DNA from: a virus
Virus record (IMG/VR): IMGVR_UViG_3300001765_000052
Length of the DNA: 64,000 nucleotides
Reading direction: 5' to 3' (one strand)
Below are positions 62,041 to 64,000 of the stretch, piece after piece. Numbering within the stretch: position 1 is the stretch's first letter; every line of letters starts with the position of its first letter. Position numbers and translations under genes: made by a program. A model generated the notes under the pieces. The model had not been told where the DNA came from. It was given only the letters and a program-made list of their open reading frames with translations, and ran no database searches.

Positions 62041-62703
62041 TTACCAAGATAAAAATGCAGGTTTTAGTTCTGGTTCTTTTAACATTCTCCAAAATTTATC
62101 ACCTGTTCGTTTACCTGTTATTATTTCAGTTCTTTTAAAACCACATTTTTCAAACGTAGCCAGGCTAGCCGCATTATGTGGCTCAATAAAAGCTAAACCA
62201 TATTCCTTATCAGAAAAGAATTCACTAACTGCTTTACTAGCTAAACCTTTTTTTCTATATTGCGGTAATATATAAATAGCCCCAGTTCTCCAATACATTC
62301 TTTTTTTGTATTCAGTTTGTCTAGGTGTATAGAATCCAGCTATTACTTTACCATAGTAAATAGGTACTCTGGTCTTATTTTTATCAACTTCAATAATGTC
62401 ATTTAAAAATGGATCGTTATCGGCTTGTTGTAATATTTCTAATGGAATAGTTTCTTTATAATTCTCTAAAGAAGTATTTATTTCTCCAGATATAAATAAC
62501 TCTTTACTTATTCGTAAATAAGGTAATTTTTTTACATTTAAACTTACTGCTTTTTTTAATCGATGAAACCCATCGACAACTAGTTCTTTACTATAAAATT
62601 TTGTTACTAATAGGGGCGCAGTTAAATCAACATTATTAGTTCTAATTTTATCTTCTGCACTATTATCGTTATCATATTCCAATACCCATTTTATTAAATC
62701 CAC
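62041..62703 (-). CDS. ParB-like + GNAT acetyltransferase protein; frame stays open upstream to about 62823
   Basis: VVDGFHRL; IYILPQYRKKGLA, N.ASL.TFEKCGF. Confidence 0.75.
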   Translation of the reverse strand: MDLIKWVLEYDNDNSAEDKIRTNNVDLTAPLLVTKFYSKELVVDGFHRLKKAVSLNVKKLPYLRISKELFISGEINTSLENYKETIPLEILQQADNDPFLNDIIEVDKNKTRVPIYYGKVIAGFYTPRQTEYKKRMYWRTGAIYILPQYRKKGLASKAVSEFFSDKEYGLAFIEPHNAASLATFEKCGFKRTEIITGKRTGDKFWRMLKEPELKPAFLSW

Positions 62704-62785
62704 ATCGATTTCTAATATAGGTTGATTATGTGTTTGTTTCCAAAAATAATTTAAATCGTAAATTTTACCTTTACTTTTAAAAGTG

Positions 62786-63199
62786 CTATTTTCTTCTTGA
62801 TATACTAAGTTTAGCCAGTAAATCTAATATAGCTTCTTTTTGAGAATCTATTAAAATGAAATGTTCTTTAGGTGGTTGTGAAGGTGTATTTTTATCAACC
62901 TCCCATACTTCTTTACACCATTTCAAATCCACCGGATCTATAACACCATCAGGTACACCAAACTTTAAAAAAACTTTTTGTTTATCTTTAGGCATGTACT
63001 GATACCTACTGCAACCACGAGAATGTGCAATATATAGATCAGCATCGAGTTTAGGTAATGTTTTATCATCACCATTATCAAACTCTACTTTATCGACACC
63101 GTTTTCTTTTAAAAACAATTCAATGTCTTTGTAATACTTCCTAGCTATATCATTATTAATATAACTAGGGTTACCTTTGATGATAATTGCTTTTACCAT
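62786..63199 (-). CDS. Hypothetical protein (alpha/beta-hydrolase-like IAHSRG)
   Basis: AIIIKGNP, YIAHSRG. Confidence 0.6.
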   Translation of the reverse strand: MVKAIIIKGNPSYINNDIARKYYKDIELFLKENGVDKVEFDNGDDKTLPKLDADLYIAHSRGCSRYQYMPKDKQKVFLKFGVPDGVIDPVDLKWCKEVWEVDKNTPSQPPKEHFILIDSQKEAILDLLAKLSISRRK

Positions 63200-63942
63200 T
63201 TTAAGTACTCCGGTGCTAATGTTGCATAAGAGAGTAAAGCAGCCGATTGATTCTTAGCTTCAGTGTATTCCCCAGTATTGCATTTTCTAATAATGAAATC
63301 AGATTCATTATCAACACTTCTTGTATCATGTGATTTAAATATTATATCAGCTTTATAGTAACCTGCTGGTAATACATTATTTTTACTAAATCTTAATCCA
63401 TTAGTACATGTGTGAGATATATAAGCACTAATTGTTTTAATAGGTTCTATGCTACTTCTATTTTGAGTTAATATAGAACTAATAAATATTTTTCCTACTT
63501 CAATAGGTTTTACTTGTAAACTTTGTTTATTATAACTGACCAACCAATGTTCTAACGTTCTAGAAGAATCGTAAACTAGTTTATCGGTTGGCTTAATGCA
63601 ATGTGTATACGGCATTTCACTAATAATGTATCCACCTTTAAATTGATCCTTACCTTTAGTTTTCATGTACACTGAGGACAATACATCGGAATCTACTCTG
63701 GCATATCCAATTATGCAACCAACTAAATCGGGTGCCACGGTAATTCTAGCAGTAGTATCATTTTCACTAGGTGCTGCTGATGTAGGCATTCTAGGAATAA
63801 ATGTTTTAGGTACATTTTTATCAATATGCAACATAACACCGCCTTCTTTAAAGCTTAGTATAGTTGAATTTTTTTGTACGATTGGTGATTGCATTAACAA
63901 CCAATCACTGATATCTTTTCTATCTGCTTCTAAATTATCCAT
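63193..63942 (-). CDS. Conserved jumbo-phage hypothetical protein, putative virion protein
   Basis: FIPRMP..ENDTTARITVAP..GC..GY, LVYD..EHWLV; AAGGA RBS. Confidence 0.6.
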   Translation of the reverse strand: MDNLEADRKDISDWLLMQSPIVQKNSTILSFKEGGVMLHIDKNVPKTFIPRMPTSAAPSENDTTARITVAPDLVGCIIGYARVDSDVLSSVYMKTKGKDQFKGGYIISEMPYTHCIKPTDKLVYDSSRTLEHWLVSYNKQSLQVKPIEVGKIFISSILTQNRSSIEPIKTISAYISHTCTNGLRFSKNNVLPAGYYKADIIFKSHDTRSVDNESDFIIRKCNTGEYTEAKNQSAALLSYATLAPEYLKW

Positions 63943-64000
63943 TAAATTTCCTTTTGTTTTTAGTCATAAGATTTGTATTCTAGAATTTTTCAGTTATATA

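Overview
AT-rich segment of a phiKZ-like (nucleus-forming type) jumbo phage genome. It runs from an endolysin and a split, intron-interrupted family-B-like DNA polymerase subunit, through the conserved virion block (baseplate and neck candidates, four head inner-body paralogues), into an accessory region. That region carries nucleotide-metabolism genes (tmk, ThyX-like, class II RNR, dcd, deaminase), NAD-dependent ligase, a SNF2-like helicase, a TilS-like enzyme next to a CAU-anticodon tRNA, promoter/terminator-flanked single-gene cassettes and several non-coding structured RNAs. Main finding 1: the polymerase gene has an ordinary group I intron (HNH gene in the P1 loop) and also a 50-nt core-less mini-intron splitting motif A (DLDVSSS-Y-PNG). 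A second, splice-site-less group I ribozyme core overlaps the gene's stop codon, with a guide sequence and 3' tail complementary to the mini-intron. This suggests a displaced ('inside-out') ribozyme that splices the mini-intron. Main finding 2: three covarying copies of an unrecognised double-pseudoknot RNA motif lie downstream of a D-armless 8/4 tRNA-like gene. All structures were derived by eye; no searches were run.
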